Assembly: GCF_964204645.1 (NCBI RefSeq)
Contig: NC_134031.1
Location: forward strand, 13,255,807-13,319,806
DNA length: 64,000 bases
Source: Tubulanus polymorphus
Taxonomy: Eukaryota; Animalia; Nemertea
Direction of reading: 5' to 3'
The notes below the pieces were generated by a model that saw nothing but the letters and a program-made list of their open reading frames with translations, made no database searches and had not been told where the DNA came from. Made by a program: the position numbers and the translations under genes. Of the stretch, positions 13,403 through 27,704 are shown one piece after another. Each line of letters opens with the position of its first letter. Within the stretch, counting starts at the first letter, position 1.

Positions 13403-14273
13403 TTAATATAGTCACTATGAGAATGAATGGCAGCTTATTGGAACACTGCCAGCCTCTTCCAATGTTGGCCGGGGAAGTTAAAATACCAGTACAGAAGAAA
13501 TCGGCTATTAGATCGTTTTAAATCCTGGAATTTACGACTACAATATTCAGACCTCGACCTATACTTGTAGTTTGCTGCTTAATATTTTCAGGTCACAAGA
13601 AATTACAATTTATTACAAATTCTATCAAACAGAAAAACACAGCGCTCATCTTCTGCTATGAATATTCAGCCTTTTTTCATGTCAAACGTGCACGCGTTAC
13701 AGCATTACCTTTAGTAGTGTACTGTACGAGCTTGTGGGTGTGTCGTGTAGCACTCCGCGCGCACGTGGAGGCCTCGTGTAAGTGAATGTTCGCTTACACT
13801 TGTCAATCAAAACAATCACCGGGTATTAAAATGAAACAATACCTATGGTGGATGTGTGAAATAATTACATCCTCACCAGCAATGAGCATTTGAAATTCGC
13901 ACGTATACAACACCTTGTCCAATGAAATGTACGCCATTCTATGGCTTTTCCATAATTATTTTAGTAGCTCTGGAATTCCCCGTATATCCCAAAAACAGCC
14001 AATCCTATTCGCTCGTAGAGACGACGCCCCCAATTGCGGTCATTGCAATTTCATACGCGAGAGCTAAGAATTTTCCCGCCAAAAACAGCTTTTCGTAGAA
14101 TTTTAACTCAGTTGACCATGTCATCGACGGAGGTTCGCCATGTCTTCAATCGCATCGATTATACGTCGTTTAAGCCGAGAACCAATGAAAAAAATGCTCA
14201 CATAAAAAAACGTACCGCGATTTTACATGAATTGGCTCAATGCCAACATCATATCGCTGACAAAGGTAAACCA

Positions 14274-14403
14274 AAAATACACTTTGTAAAGTAGACAATT
14301 CAGTTCTTTCGAATATCTCATACCTTGGTATTTAAAAAAAACATATACAAAGGTATGAGATATTAGGAAGAACTGAATTGCCTACTTCACAATGTGTATT
14401 TTT
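14274..14403. repeat. Imperfect ~130-bp palindrome (decayed MITE)
   Basis: aaaatacactttgtaaagtagacaattcagttctt...tacc versus ggtatgagatattaggaagaactgaattgcctacttcacaatgtgtatttt. Confidence 0.6.
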
Positions 14404-14534
14404 TCGAGTTAGCACTATTTTAACCTTAACATATTGACATCGAATCAACGAATACAGTCCCATGATCCCTGCCACTGTCAACGATGTCGACTAGCATATG
14501 AAATACATATTCAATTGGTGTCAGTGATGTCAAC

Positions 14535-15961
14535 CAAAACCATACCCACTTGGAAAGTGGTTTCAAGTGCTCAACAATGCAACAATGTCAATATTCAACC
14601 AATGGTGAACATATACATAAACTAGTGACCTTGAAACTCACCACATTCATAGAACATGTCAGCAGCTACAATTTTACAATTGGTTGCGATAACATTATAT
14701 GCCTCGGTACCAATGAAATATGGATTAACTAGGTAATTCTACTATTTAACACCCCCTGGTGACCATATGCAAAACCTAATGACCTTTAAACTCACCACAT
14801 TCATAGAACACGTCAGCAGCTACTATTTTACAATTGGTTGTGACAACAAAATATGCCTAGGTACCAATATAATAAGGAAATACTAAGTTATTCTAACTAT
14901 TCAACGCCCCTGGTGACCATAGAATAACTAATGACCTTGAAACTCACCCCAATCATAGACCATGTCATGTGCTACAACTTTGCAATTGATTGTGGTAACA
15001 GAATATGCATAGGTATGAATATAATAAGGAAATACTAAGTTATTCTACTATTCAACGTCCCCTGGTGAGCATATAGAATAACTAATGACCTTGAGATTCA
15101 CCACAATCATAGAACATGATATGGGCTACAACTTAGCAATTGATTGTGGTAACAAATTATGCATAGGTACGACCATGATATACAAATACTAAGTTATTGT
15201 ATTATTCAATGCGCCCTGGTGGCCATATACAATAACCAATGATTCCAAAAATCACCAAAATAATAGAATACTATATGAGCTACAATTTTCCTATTGATTG
15301 TGGTAAGAAAATACTTAGGTATCAATATAATGTGGAAAAACTTTTTTCCACCTACGAATGAGTACTGATGATAGCAAGATGGCCATCAATTGCGTGATAA
15401 TTGGCTGATCAAAAATACCTATCTCAGGTATTAAAGATCCATTTTCAAAGAATACCCATTACAATTTGCCATTAAAGAAAGGCGAATGAGTAGGAGGCTA
15501 CAGGACTCAGAATTTGGGCAAAAGATTGACATCTTTTGGCACAAAAAAGGTCAGGGGCGATGGAATTTTTGGTTGCCGCGGCCAATTGCCTTTTCTTTAT
15601 AGATCCCAAATATTGCCGCGGCGAATATACTTTAATTTCGTCAAAAACATTGTAAGGATAGAAAGAAAAATACTATTCAGTAAATTATTAATGTGGCTTT
15701 CGCCGCTGCAGTCGCTACGATTCCACCGCCACTGAAGGTTATAGGACAGCGGCCATCTTGAGTCCAATCAACCCAATTTTTCTTATGCTGATTGGCCCTT
15801 AGGGGATTCAAATATATAGGAAAGATCAAGGTAAGTGAAATATCAAGACGTTACATTGAAGCGTCTTCAAAACTTCCCAAAATAACTGGATTCCGTCTAC
15901 GGACGGACGGACGAAAAGTGAACACAATAGCCCGCTGGGACTAAAGTCGCAAGTGGGCTAT
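14535..15961 (-). mobile_element. HINE-like (Helentron-associated non-autonomous) element, diverged copy with about five 154-bp repeats
   Basis: Same family as 37032-38302: subterminal cccacttggaaagtgg, internal repeats, (GGAC)n microsatellite and terminal hairpin cccgctgggactaaagtcgcaagtgggc. The left end is degenerate. Confidence 0.7.
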
Positions 15962-16676
15962 AAAGGCAAAATTCATCAGACTTAAGATGAGGATGTACGT
16001 TTTGATGAAGTGAAAGACTGTGAGTGGGGAATTCCCAGGAAATCCCAACAAATAAAGGGGATATTTGTAAAAATCACGTTGTGTTTCCTGCACAAAGTAC
16101 GTACTACAAACATTGCAACTCCCCTTAGAAAAGTATGTACGCCTTGAGCTCACCCCTCCCCTCCCCCTGTATGTTTTTCTAAAAACCACACTCCTCCCCC
16201 TTCATGCATACATACGTACTTTATGCATGACCCCTAATTGATGAGGCAAATTTCACCAAGAACTATAAATGGGAAAACCCAGGCTGTGCACTCTGGCTAG
16301 TGTGGTAGGGTTTCGTACGGTTTGAATCCCTGCTAGGCAGGATGTGTTCTTTGCACATAGTCAGTAAATTAATAAATTAGCCCCCATGTTAACAAAAACC
16401 CTGGATCCGCCCTTGGTCATGGTGGCCCTTTTGATAAATGCAGCACTGCTGTCTTACCAAACCTAGGGGGGATATTTACCGGGGGATTATCACTTACATT
16501 CTAACCAGGACATATCACAGGGTTGATACGAACTGGTCGAAATGGATTTGTTACAGATTCGGTTTGATACAATTCAGCTTCCCGATTATACCATAATTTT
16601 TCAATTGTCCAAGATGATTTAAACCAGGCATGTACTGTTGTCTAACCATATACAAAATAATCAAATAGCTGCTTAC

Positions 16677-16786
16677 CCAAGATCTATTGGTTTTACGCAT
16701 TCATCTGACTTATTTCTGACGTTATTGACTATTGTTGATACTGGAAACATCTCAACACCTGACTTTGGAGACAGTAATTCTATAGC
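16677..16786 (-). CDS. HMCES: HMCES coding exon 8
   Basis: tgtag|AIELLSPKSGVEMFPVSTIVNNVRNKSDECVKPIDLG|gtaagc. Confidence 0.88.
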
Positions 16787-19700
16787 CTACAAAATACTTA
16801 ATCAATCATTTATTCAATCACAGCAAAGGAAATTGCAAGTCTTTTTAAAACGTGTGCACAAAATATATCACATTTGTGTCAATTGCTATGGTCCACTAGG
16901 CTGTTATTGTTTCTAAATACTATTTTTGAACTGAAGCTTCAATCCAAAGGCTTATATGTTAATTAAGAGGTAGCAGGTAATAATCCCCAAAAAAGGGGCA
17001 CTACAGCCAGCCAGTCCGCTTTTCATAAAAGGCTCTTGATGTAAACTGTGGGTTATATTTGTCAAAATACACTCCCCGCTCAATATAATTTACGCAGTGA
17101 AATTGTGTAGCATTTCTGACCACAAATACTAGCCGCGTTCACACTAGATACAGCGCTTATGAAGTACCGTACTTCGCTGGTGCCGAATCCACCAAAATAC
17201 GGTGCTTACACAGCCAGTTACGTTCACACGTTAAATTAACGTTCAAGCCGCGTATTTCAGTACGGAACTGAATAACTCGCGAATAGGCCTCGAATAATTT
17301 GTGTAAAGTGTGAACGCTTGGTACCTTACTGAAATCCTAGAGTGAACGCAGCTACAAATAAAGCCAACCACTAAATTGATCTAAATTAGGCCTATGACTG
17401 AAAATGCATTCACTTAAGTGAGTGTATACATATATATCTTTATTTAAGTTTCATCTCATATATAAACAAGCCAGCCTATAATAAGGCTTACAAAGACACA
17501 TTGATAATTACAAGATACATAAAAAAACCACATTTTACAAAACTCATACCACGTTTAGGTTTTAAACTTTTAAACTCTAAGTTCTAACTTGATTAAGTTA
17601 GGAGTTGCGAAGTTTCATTGCAGCTAGTGTAATGACTAATCTAGTGAATTATGCAAGTAGTTAGTGGTCACAAGTATTTACAAGGGTTAAGCCACGATCA
17701 CACGGAGACGATTTGGCCTGGGCTAAATTGACACGGGTGAGGCTCAAGTCAAATTTGGCCCATGCTTAATAAGAAAGCGCTCTCGCACGCAAACTACTCA
17801 CTTGATACTAAACAATGCTCAAACGAAGCGAAGTGAGTCATTTTCGATACAAGTTGTTGCAATGCAAATGCAATAATTTGTCCCATGCTAAAAGACTGAT
17901 GAAGTGACTGTGTGCCAAACTGTAAAACTTGCAACTGCTGTGCTACATAGGATATGAATAATATACATGTATTTCGATGGACAAACCTTTTCTAAAGGTG
18001 TATTCCCTGAATCGAGCCATTGTCTGATTTCATCTTCACCCTCCAATATCGCCTGAAAAATTTTACAGATTTTTTGGTAGAATACATGGTATATCTGAAG
18101 ATTCAAGTTTTAATGGTTTTACTTTGTGATAGAATCTTACTGGCATGCGAGTATGAATGGCTGACATTGGTTTTGAAGCATCCACAGTTATCACACTGTA
18201 ACTGTATAATGGTTTTCCACTCTGAAAATATGAGAAATTTCTAACAAATATCAGTGTCATATTATCACCGCCATTTTCTGATGGAATACAATATACAACA
18301 ATATGTCGAATACATTTGAACCAACATATCAAGTTTTCAGATGGATTTTGCACAATACTACGGGATGGAGATAAGACTGGAGATTAAGGGTTTCATAATC
18401 AATCAACAATTTCATAAAATAATATACTGGTACTGTCAAATGGATAATGTCAAATGGATAATTTTTCCAAATAATTTAAGTTGTTCTTGTTTTAATAACT
18501 TACATCAGTTTTATTCACATCAAAAACCCCAGCCATAGTAAGAAGACGCTTCCCATTCCAATCTGAAACACAAATTCAATTGTAGTCATCAATATTCAAC
18601 TCCCCTGGTTGCGAAATTAAACTACCGTATTTTCCGGCCAATAAGCCGATTTTCTAGCCTCAGATTTTTACCCAAAATATCGTGATCGGCTTATTGGGCG
18701 GATACGATCTGACATAAAAAATCACTTCCTGATCTATGCCACTCTAATGCTCTCAATGATCGTCAAAATCAAGAAAAGTGGTCGATATTTATTTGAGGTC
18801 ATTATTTACTACCAATTATAATCTATTTTGAACTATTTTATTTTTACTTTGATTGTTCCATCACCGCACAGCGGCAATGGTATACATTTATATAACGCGC
18901 GAGTTCATCGTACTACCACGTGTCAGTTCATACATTAGAATATATGCAAATCAGCAGTGAGCCGCGTACTGCGTGTATGGCTGTGTGTATAGTAATCAGC
19001 TGAGTGAGTCTATATATAGCACAGTCACTCGGCGATGATAGTATACACAGCACTCTCACACATCGGCGGGCGCTACTGTCAGCCTCTTAAATCGTCAATT
19101 AAGACAAACTAATTGACAAATCAGTGAATTAAAATCTCTGATGAAGGGCCTCGGCTTATTGGGCGAAGCTTTATGAAATCCATGTATTTTAGGCTAAAAA
19201 ACTGCCCTCGGCTTATTGGCCGAGTCGGCTTATTGGCCGGAAAATACGGTATGCCAGCGGTAAAAATCATCAAATATCAAGACTATATGTTAATATAAGG
19301 GTCAAAACAAAATATGGGATAGTAAATTGCAGGCCCCTGATGAAGTAGTATCTTGGGGTAAATCAAAACTTCATATTCTATGCAATTTTATACAATATAT
19401 TGCTACCAAGTTCTTGTTAACATTCAAAATGGACGATTTAATCGATTGATGGTAAGGAAAGTTGTCAAGCTTGCATAACATTGCATGATTGAAGCAATAA
19501 CAAAATGATAGCGCTATTTTGAAATTTTTGTAACCAGTCCAATTCTTGATAACTAAATATAGGTCTTGAGACCATCATTGGGACCATCATCGATCATAAG
19601 ATATTGAATTGGATGTGAACATGCGGGACAGGATGGCCACCAGTCGGCAATCTTGATTCTGACCAGGCCAATTTATGGACTGGAGATGTGTCAATAAACC

Positions 19701-22700
19701 ATCACTAGAATTGGATAATAATAACTTCCCAAAAAACTTGATTCCATCTACAAACAACAAGCGAACACAACAGCCCACTGGGAAAAAGATCCGAAGTGAG
19801 ATGAAATGCCATTTTACCAAGAGCTACGCTAGCTCTTGGCTGAAGAAAATATTTAACAAAATAGATACGGATCATCATCTATTGACAAAAATGGCAAATG
19901 CCAGGCCTCGAAATTAATGGTGGCAGCGGCGGCATTTGCCACTGGCTACACAACCACTGCTGCCGGTTGGTCTCCTTACTGGCGGCAATGAAATGCCGTC
20001 GGTGAATTTATTTCTATTATTGCCGTAGGTGATATAAATAACCCGCGGCAAACCTGGTTCACAATATAGGTCAGCCGTCAATCACCCGCAGTTCTTGACG
20101 CTGCATTATAAAATATAAATTAGCGCTGCCACTTGACCTATTTATCTAACTTCAGTCAGAGCTCCATCCAGATTTACTGATAAACAATGCCCAGCATACA
20201 TCTATAAGAAATACGGGCGGCATCAGCAGTGAGCCGTGCATGTGTCTGTCTATACAGGTTTCAATAATCGCATGCATAGAATAGTCACGGCAATGAATAA
20301 ACACATCAGCTTGGCGACTATTGTACTTAGTGTTTTTCAGCCTCTTACATCCTCAATTAAGACAAACGAATTGACAAATCAGTGAATCAAATTATCTGAC
20401 GAAGGGTAATTGGGCGAGTTTCTGGAGTTTGCACTGGAAAATATTACCATTTTAATTTCAAAAGGGCACAGAAGTTTTGCAACGGGAGCACGTGCTTCTT
20501 GTGCTCCCATCTAGATTCACCCCTGGCCATCTCTTTCCGGAAGGGCGCATACAATTAAGATGATTTCTTATTTACCTTTTTCTTTACCTTTATCACCATT
20601 ACCATCATCATCATCATTATCCACAACATCATCAGCTACACAAGGGTCTTGTGGTTGCTTCTCAGAATCATTACCAGTGTCGGTGTCATTCCATGGAAAA
20701 TGTACAAAATATGGCTGCTTTTTGCCGGCAGCATCCTTTTTCCACTCAAAAAATCTGTGAAATGATGAAATGTATGACAAAATCAAAGGAAATCAAAGAA
20801 CATGTTCGCGTGATTTTCCTTGGTAATGATGACTAATATGAATCAGGGTTATGGTTAGGTTTAGTGTTTTCTTGTTAATCAGGGATCCCAGGGGGCCTTA
20901 CAGCAAATGCGCGGAAATTTCAGATGTTCCAAAAAGTATAGAAAATTGAATAAGTCAGTATCACGGCAATGCACCCACTACGTGGGTGCCTGAGCGCCGT
21001 AGGCACGAGTGGGGGGAGCTCGGCTAGAGAATTTTAGAGTTTTTCCATCCAAGAGAGTGGTTTTCCATGAAGATAGTGTATTTTTGCAGCTGCATTACCG
21101 GCTTTTTTTTTATCTATCATGTCACACGATGGGGCCACCATCTTGATTCTCACGTGAGTCACGTGAGTCAGTGAGATGGTTCGAATCCCATCAATGTTAA
21201 ATGAGAACACTGGGGGCCGACTCTATTATCGCATCGGGATATCAATCCGGATAATGCAGTGAATTCAGTGAAATAGAGTGTAAATGGAAGAATAGTGGAA
21301 AACAACTGTGGTAACAGCTAATGGACTGGTTGCCTGTCTAAACGCACGTATATCTTCTTAACCGAACGGCGCCACTATCCGCTTTCACACCACCTCACCT
21401 TCTATTCTTAGAGGTAGGAGTAGGGTTAGGGTTAGGTTTAGGTTTGGAATCATCATAAATAGTTAAAAAATTTTCAGTTCCGTGTCTTGGCCACGTTGGT
21501 ACAGCGGGTAAGGGCACTGCATCACAATGGGTTCTGCGTTTGAAACCAAATTTTTCTCCAATTTCTACTTAGGATTTTCCAACAATTACTGTGCATGCAT
21601 ATTTAGCAATGTCAGTTCGATTGTTGGAACTAACTCTACCCTGAAAATAATGCTTATCAAATATCACGATACAAACTGAGGCAATATTTCACGTACCCAT
21701 CTACAACTACAACACAACGTCGGCCCTTTGACAATGGTGTCTTGAACATATTCTTACTGTTGATCGAGTCTGCACGACAGTTAATTGTAGAAAATGAAAA
21801 CTTTTCTGGCGGGCCATTATACCAAGATGGAATCAAACCCCACCTCATTGGCTGCAACACAAATTCAGTTTCCTCAGTAACAGTCTCAACTTCTTCGTCT
21901 TGTTTATCTTTAAAACTATTTGCCGATACCATTACAGGCCTGTGATTAGAGATAAACATATATCATATTACTTGTACATAGAAAAATACTTGCAATACGA
22001 AATAAGTCCTTTAAGTCATTATTCTAACTAACTACAGTAGACTCCCCATACCTCGGATCCACATAACTCGGAATATCGTTTTGCACAGACAGAAGTAAGT
22101 ACTTTTAAACAAGGTGCCCATGGGCACCGTTAGATTCAGCGCAGAAATTAGTGAATTGAAGGAGTTAATTATATCCACCATACTAGACCATACATAGGTA
22201 TAGTAAGGTGCTCTATCAGCTTATACTTGACATAAAAGGAAATGCATGTTATAAAAGTATAAGGTAATTAGATTTTAAATGACAAACAGTTGTTTATACA
22301 AGGAAGAGAAGGTATAACACATTTAAAGTAGGCCTGATATATTTTGAAGTGAAATACATACATTATAATCGTAATAGGTTATAAGCATCCTAATGAATTA
22401 AATGTTTTCGTTAAATCAAAAGCATCTCAGATGTCATATCTATATTTTTGATGCTGAAGCTGATATCAAATCTAGCTGTATCAGGAGATGAGAAAGTATT
22501 CATACAAACTCTGTCCGGATTTTCAGGATTCAAAGCCAAGACCTAAGGCCAAAAAATTGATACCTTGTCTCCCTAAATACTGCAAACTACACTGCGCATC
22601 GACAAACAATTTTCAGCACAGTAAATGAAAAATCATTGTCAACGTTATTTCTTCTTTTGTAGTTTCCTCATCGATGAATTTTATATGTTGTATCAGTAAT

Positions 22701-25700
22701 ATATAACTAGGGGTCCAGGGACACCAAGCCCACTTGGGAAGTGGTTTCAAATGCTCAACAATTTAACAATTTCTATATTCAATGCCCCCTGGTGACCATA
22801 TACAAAAACCAATGATCTTGAAACTCACCACAATCATAGAACATGTCAGCAGCTACAATTTTGCAATTGATTGTGATAACAAAATATGCCTCGATACCAA
22901 TTCAATATGGAAATACTAAGTTATTCTACCACTCAACACCCCCAGGTGACCAAATGCAAAACCCAATGACCTTGAAACTCACCACAATCATAGAACATGT
23001 CATGAACAACAACTGCAATTGATCATGGTGACAAAATATGCTTACTGTCTGTCACACCTGCTCTCTGTGTGACGTTTTGGTCCGTAATTTCGTCAATCAA
23101 CAGTTTATTTACCTTTATTACGCATCAATTTGTTCAGTGAGGACTTTGCATTCAGAAATAAACAAAAAGTTTTACTAAAGTTGTTTTTGTTTTCATTTAT
23201 GAAACGGAAACATTACAGTGACGTCATCACCTGCTCATAAGCATACCAAAATACAGTAGGTGGCGCCACATGATGCGCCATAAAAGCCGTTTTTCAGCAT
23301 TACAGGGGCGTATGCTAGGTAAACTATCGCTGATAGATGAAAATACAAACAAATCTATGCCACTTCATGATTTATCGCAAATTCCTTACCGAACAAAATT
23401 GATTGTGGTATCAAAATATGCATAGTACAAATATGATATAGAAATACTAAGTTATTGTATTATTCAACGCCCCCTGGTGGCCATATACAAAATCCAATGA
23501 CGTTGAAACTCACCAAAATTATAGAACACGTTATGAGCTACAACTTTCCAATTGATTGTGGTGACACAATATGCTTAGGTATCAATATAATGTGGAAAAA
23601 CTTTTTCCAACCTACGAATGTGTACTGATGACACCCAAGATGGCCACCAATTGTGCCATAATTGGCTGGTAAAAAATACCTATCTCAAGTATAAAAGATC
23701 CCTTTTCAAAGAATACCCATCACAAATTGCAATGAGAAATAGTTAACCAGTAGGAAGCTACAGGACTCAGAATTCAGGCCAAAATTGACATTTTTGGGCA
23801 CTAAATAGGTCATAGGACGGCCATCTTGAGTCTGATCGAACCAATTTTTCTAATGCTAATGGGTCCTTAGGGATTCAAATATATATGAAATATCAAGGTA
23901 ATTGCTCCAAGCGTCTCCAAAATTTCCCTCAAAAAGTTCAAAAATGTGTAAAAAGTGCTGATTTTGGCGAACAATGGCTGCCAGTCGGCCATCTTAATTC
24001 TGTCAGGGCCAGTTTTTGGGCTGAAGATGTGTCTAGGGTATATACATGTGTAACCCAAATATCAAGACATTACATTGAAGCGTCTTCAAAACTTCCCAAA
24101 CTAACTGGATTCTGTCTACGGACGGAAGGACGGACGAACGGATGGACGAAGAGTGAATGCAATAGCCTGCTGGTACTAAAGTCCCAAGTGGGCTTAAAAG
24201 CTTCTTGTAAATTTGACGGCAAATGTTGTACAATACTGCTCATGTTGTTTACGTTAGTAGATCAAGATGACGTCACACTACATCGCTAAAAATCCCCAAA
24301 AAGGCATTAAATTGCCAATTTACCCAATTTAGGCTTCATCAATAGCCTTCAAAAGCAGTTGCCACTTAGCTGCCATAATAACAGCCATCTTAATGCATAC
24401 CTTAGCCCGTGAATCATTTCCCACTCGGAGGAGATAGGGGTCAACAAGAATTCAGCACTCTGTTTTATACTAATAGATTCAGCTGTGCTGAATCTAAAAA
24501 TAATTCATTCTCAAATAAATTTCTTCGTCTAGCTTGGAATTCTATAACTTGGAAAATCACACACCTCGGAACATTTTTTAAAAGAATATGACGAAAATAT
24601 CACATAAGTCAGATATTCCGAATAACCTCTGAGACCCGATACACTATTTTCCCGCCATTGAGAATACTGTCGCGGATGTGACCGCCTAGTGGCCACCAGT
24701 CTTTATATCTAGCCAATCAGAAGCTTGGTAATGTCGATAGTGAAAAACATTGCATCCGATAGACTTAATGTAAAGGCTGATGGCTGTGTTTCTGAAGTAC
24801 AACAGGAACAAGAAATGTTTGGGGTGAAAGAGTTGGCCAGGAGGATGTTGTATAACAGTGATTATTTCACTTCATTTCACTTTAGGTGTCAGGGCACCAC
24901 AGTATTGGGGAATCCTGGTTTTGTTGTGGTAACAGAAATGCACTTGTACATGTCAAGGATTGAATCAGTTTGGCTGCATAGTTCTGTACACACGAGAAGA
25001 TACAAAAATAGTACTTAAAAGACACATAGGTACGTAAGAAAATATATTTTTGAAAGTGGTTTATTCATCCACAATAGTTTTTTTGGTTAACAGGATACTT
25101 TCGTACCGTTTAACCCTTTCATGACCGCACTATATGTTCTCTAATGGCCCGGGCATTTTTTCCAAAACCTTCAAACCCCCAAAATACGCAGAATAGGGCT
25201 TATATCATGTTTATAATGCATGCACGTAATGTCCCTAGTGTTAGTCTTTTGATTCTGATCAGTTTTGGCCAAAAAAAATTTTAAGGGTCCAAAAGACCCC
25301 AGAAAAGCCCAAAAATTAGGGTCAAGGTCACATGCCTGGAGGACCCCCTTGCCGATTTTTTATGACCGTAAAAACCATCAAAATATATTTAGAACATATC
25401 TAGCTCGTGTCTAATTGACTATTCATTCATATGCAAATTTTGTTATCATTTCTAACGCCAGGGGGAGCTTAGGGGGTCTTTCAGGCCTGGTCCAGGCCTG
25501 GCAATTTGACCTCCAAACGGCCCACAACATCCCTTTAGAATGACATCACCATTGTAATTTTGCTTCACTGGATGCTGCTGTTGATATGAACGACAGTACG
25601 ACAACTTCCATAAGTTTATCTACTCTGCTGTGAAAGAAAATGCCATCCGGTATGTCATACCAGACTGGGCTATTCCGTGATTTCTGTATCCGGTATGTCA

Positions 25701-27704
25701 TACCGGATAGGTCGTGAAAGTGTTCAAAGAATAGACAAGAGCCCCAAGGGGCACTATGGCCAGCCTGTTAGCATTTCATAAAATGGCAAATGAAGCATTC
25801 TGTGAGTTAAATTTGTCCAAATACACTCCCAGCTCAGTAGACTAGCCAATCCCAGGCTAATATTTTACACAATGCAATCGTGTTTTCATAAGTAGCACAG
25901 ACAGCGACTGGAGATGGCAGGAACAAATACCTCAGATAAATCTTTTCCCTTGGTCTTATTGATTTGAATGCTGAATAGAATTGAATTTTCTGAAATTTGC
26001 CCGATAAAACACAATACAATTGGATTTGCTATTTTACCTTGTTCAATAAAGTAAAATTGATTTGGATTTGATATTTTTTTGCAGAATAAAATTTGATTGA
26101 ATTTGCAGTTTGAGCACATGGCTAATTAGCATATCAAGGTCATCCATCAGATTCGAGAAAAAGCTATTTTTTCCCGGACTTTGCACAATTGTCAATGATA
26201 TTTTCTGTAGTGCAAATAAATATATTCCTCGCAAAAACCAAATCAACTAAAGATTTTACAGAAATCGATATTGAAATACAATTTTAGATCTTAAAATAAA
26301 ACCCGGATGAAAACGATAGATGATACCGCGGGTTCACATGAACACCTGCTGATCTCTGCAGCTAAGCCGATCATAGATGAGTCTTTGCTTTCTGATTGGC
26401 TTTTTAAAACAGGTATTTTTGCGATCAGATTTTTGAGAAAAAGCTCATATAAATTTTAACGAGGCCCTCTTTCAAAATTCAGCTTCATAGGGGTTGGAGA
26501 ATGGATAATGCTCTAATGAATGATTTGTATGAATATATGCTAAGTTGCACAGTCAAAGAGCCTTCACTCTGGAAACCATGTCATTTAAATTTGCTCCATT
26601 TGTATAGTAATAGGCTCAGCCTACGGCTGGCCTAAAAATTATGTCTCCTATTGTACTGCTCGGAAATCGTTTACCTCGGAACAATTTACATGGTTCCAAG
26701 TATTCCGAGGTATGCAGAGTCTACTCCATAAAATTTCACGAAGCTACTCTCAAATCAAGAATTCCAAGTTTCATCTGTCAGCCATTCGATATTCTATCAT
26801 TGTGCTTCAAATGTTTGATTCGCGTGACTAAGACTTTGTCTAAGACATAAATGTATTTTCTTTTAGTTAAATGAAGAATAAATCATTTCTATTATTAATG
26901 AAAAGGGACTTGTAGGCTCGGGTGTTCAGGTTGGTTTCTTCTTGGTATATCTCGAGCAAAATGGCTTAAAAAATCATGGAATATCAACATCAAGGTAGGC
27001 CCTATATCTAGCCTAAATTTCAAAAACAAAATAGGGGCCTATCATCATCACATCAATCAATGTGAAACTTACGTTGTATTTCCAGGGCATACATTATAAG
27101 AAGTTTCATACGCAGCTGTTTTACCACCTTTAACTTGTCGCCATCGTGGTTTCTCAACATTTCCATGAGAATTTCGGTATGCACAAGCTCTTCGTATTGA
27201 ATTACGTGGATTTGTGCTATACAAGAGAAGAAAATCGAATCAGGTTGTGCACTACCTCCAGTTCACGGAGCATCTAATGTCTACTCTTTTCATTTTAGAA
27301 CCGTTAGATATCATCATTAAAATTCTATGCATAAACCAGATATTGAATTAAAAATAATGGTAAACAGAAAAACTGACATGAAGATGTAGTGAAAATATAT
27401 CACTGATTTGTGCGGTTAACCGATTATCAGTACCGAATTAGGACAAGTTTATGTACCATGGGCATATCCCATAAAGTTCTTGTGGCTAAGGGTTAATCAG
27501 TTCAAGATCTACTACTGACATCAGTAATGGCCAAAAACATTCTCGGAAAGACATGACTTTATTAATGTAGCAAATTAAAGAAATCTGGGGTCCAGATTCA
27601 TACATAGGATTAACCCCTAGGCCTAATCTAAATTAATTCAAGAGTTAAACCTGCTTTGCGAAACTTGACTCTGCAAATACTTACCAAGCAGTTCTGCCAC
27701 ACAT
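16677..27704 (-). CDS. HMCES: Abasic-site-processing protein HMCES (SRAP domain); spliced gene, 8 coding exons found, terminal exon not located
   Basis: Exons 27685-27704, 27073-27216, 21697-21939, 20576(or 20588)-20754, 18504-18562, 18141-18221, 17987-18052 and 16677-16786. All are GT-AG and phase-consistent, giving MCGRTAC...RACAY...SYNVCP...PMRWGLIPSW...TINCR...GRRCVVVVDGFFEW...QPYFVHF...RLLTMAGVFD...LYSYSVITVD...IHTRMPAIL...WLD...PVSTIVNNVRN...C. Catalytic Cys2, Glu and His are present. Confidence 0.93.
17130..17354. mobile_element. Short MITE with imperfect TIRs
   Basis: tagccgcgttcacactag ... ctagagtgaacgcagcta. Confidence 0.5.
17987..18052 (-). CDS. HMCES: HMCES coding exon 7
   Basis: ttcag|AILEGEDEIRQWLDSGNTPLEK|gtttgt. 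Confidence 0.88.
18141..18221 (-). CDS. HMCES: HMCES coding exon 6
   Basis: ttcag|SGKPLYSYSVITVDASKPMSAIHTRMP|gtaaga. Confidence 0.9.
18504..18562 (-). CDS. HMCES: HMCES coding exon 5
   Basis: ttcag|DWNGKRLLTMAGVFDVNKTD|gtaagt. Confidence 0.88.
18625..19249. mobile_element. Tc1/mariner-pogo-type MITE with TA duplication, in an HMCES intron
   Basis: TA|ccgtattttccggccaataagccga ... tcggcttattggccggaaaatacgg|TA, with subterminal tcggcttattgg repeats. A partial second copy lies at ~20220-20410. Confidence 0.85.
20576..20754 (-). CDS. HMCES: HMCES coding exon 4
   Basis: cacag|FFEWKKDAAGKKQPYFVHFPW plus an acidic linker. Two same-phase donors give exon ends at 20576 or 20588. Confidence 0.85.
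21697..21939 (-). CDS. HMCES: HMCES coding exon 3
   Basis: cacag|PVMVS...PMRWGLIPSW...NCRAD...GRRCVVVVDG|gtacgt. Confidence 0.92.
22705..24198 (-). mobile_element. HINE-like element interrupted by a truncated MITE (23045-23398)
   Basis: Runs from aactaggggtccagggacacc to ctggtactaaagtcccaagtgggc. The insert matches the left part of the 36126-36632 MITE. Confidence 0.75.
25110..25726. mobile_element. Degenerate piggyBac-type MITE
   Basis: ttaa-ccctttcatgacc ... ggtcgtgaaagtg-ttca. Confidence 0.5.
25735..26638 (-). mobile_element. Element of a second HINE-like family
   Basis: Terminal palindrome gccccaaggggc next to subTIR ggccagcc. The other end is aggctcagcctacggctggcct-aaaa (subTIR plus inverted repeat). 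Confidence 0.55.
27073..27216 (-). CDS. HMCES: HMCES coding exon 2
   Basis: tatag|...TNPRNSIRRACAYRNSHGNVEKPRW...SYNVCPGNT|gtaagt. Confidence 0.88.
27685..27704 (-). CDS. HMCES: HMCES first coding exon (MCGRTA/C)
   Basis: ATG TGT GGC AGA ACT GCT TG|gtaagt. A putative acceptor at 27800-27801 implies an upstream non-coding exon. Confidence 0.85.

Noticed and set aside
21417-21446. TTAGGG-like runs (also CCCTAA-like at ~30255-30312)
   Set aside because: Only 2-4 degenerate units embedded in interspersed repeats; not telomeric arrays.
23867-24289. ORFs inside HINE copies (also 29318-29530, 37784-37996, 46090-46624)
   Set aside because: They recur only because the non-coding repeat recurs, and show no protein motifs.
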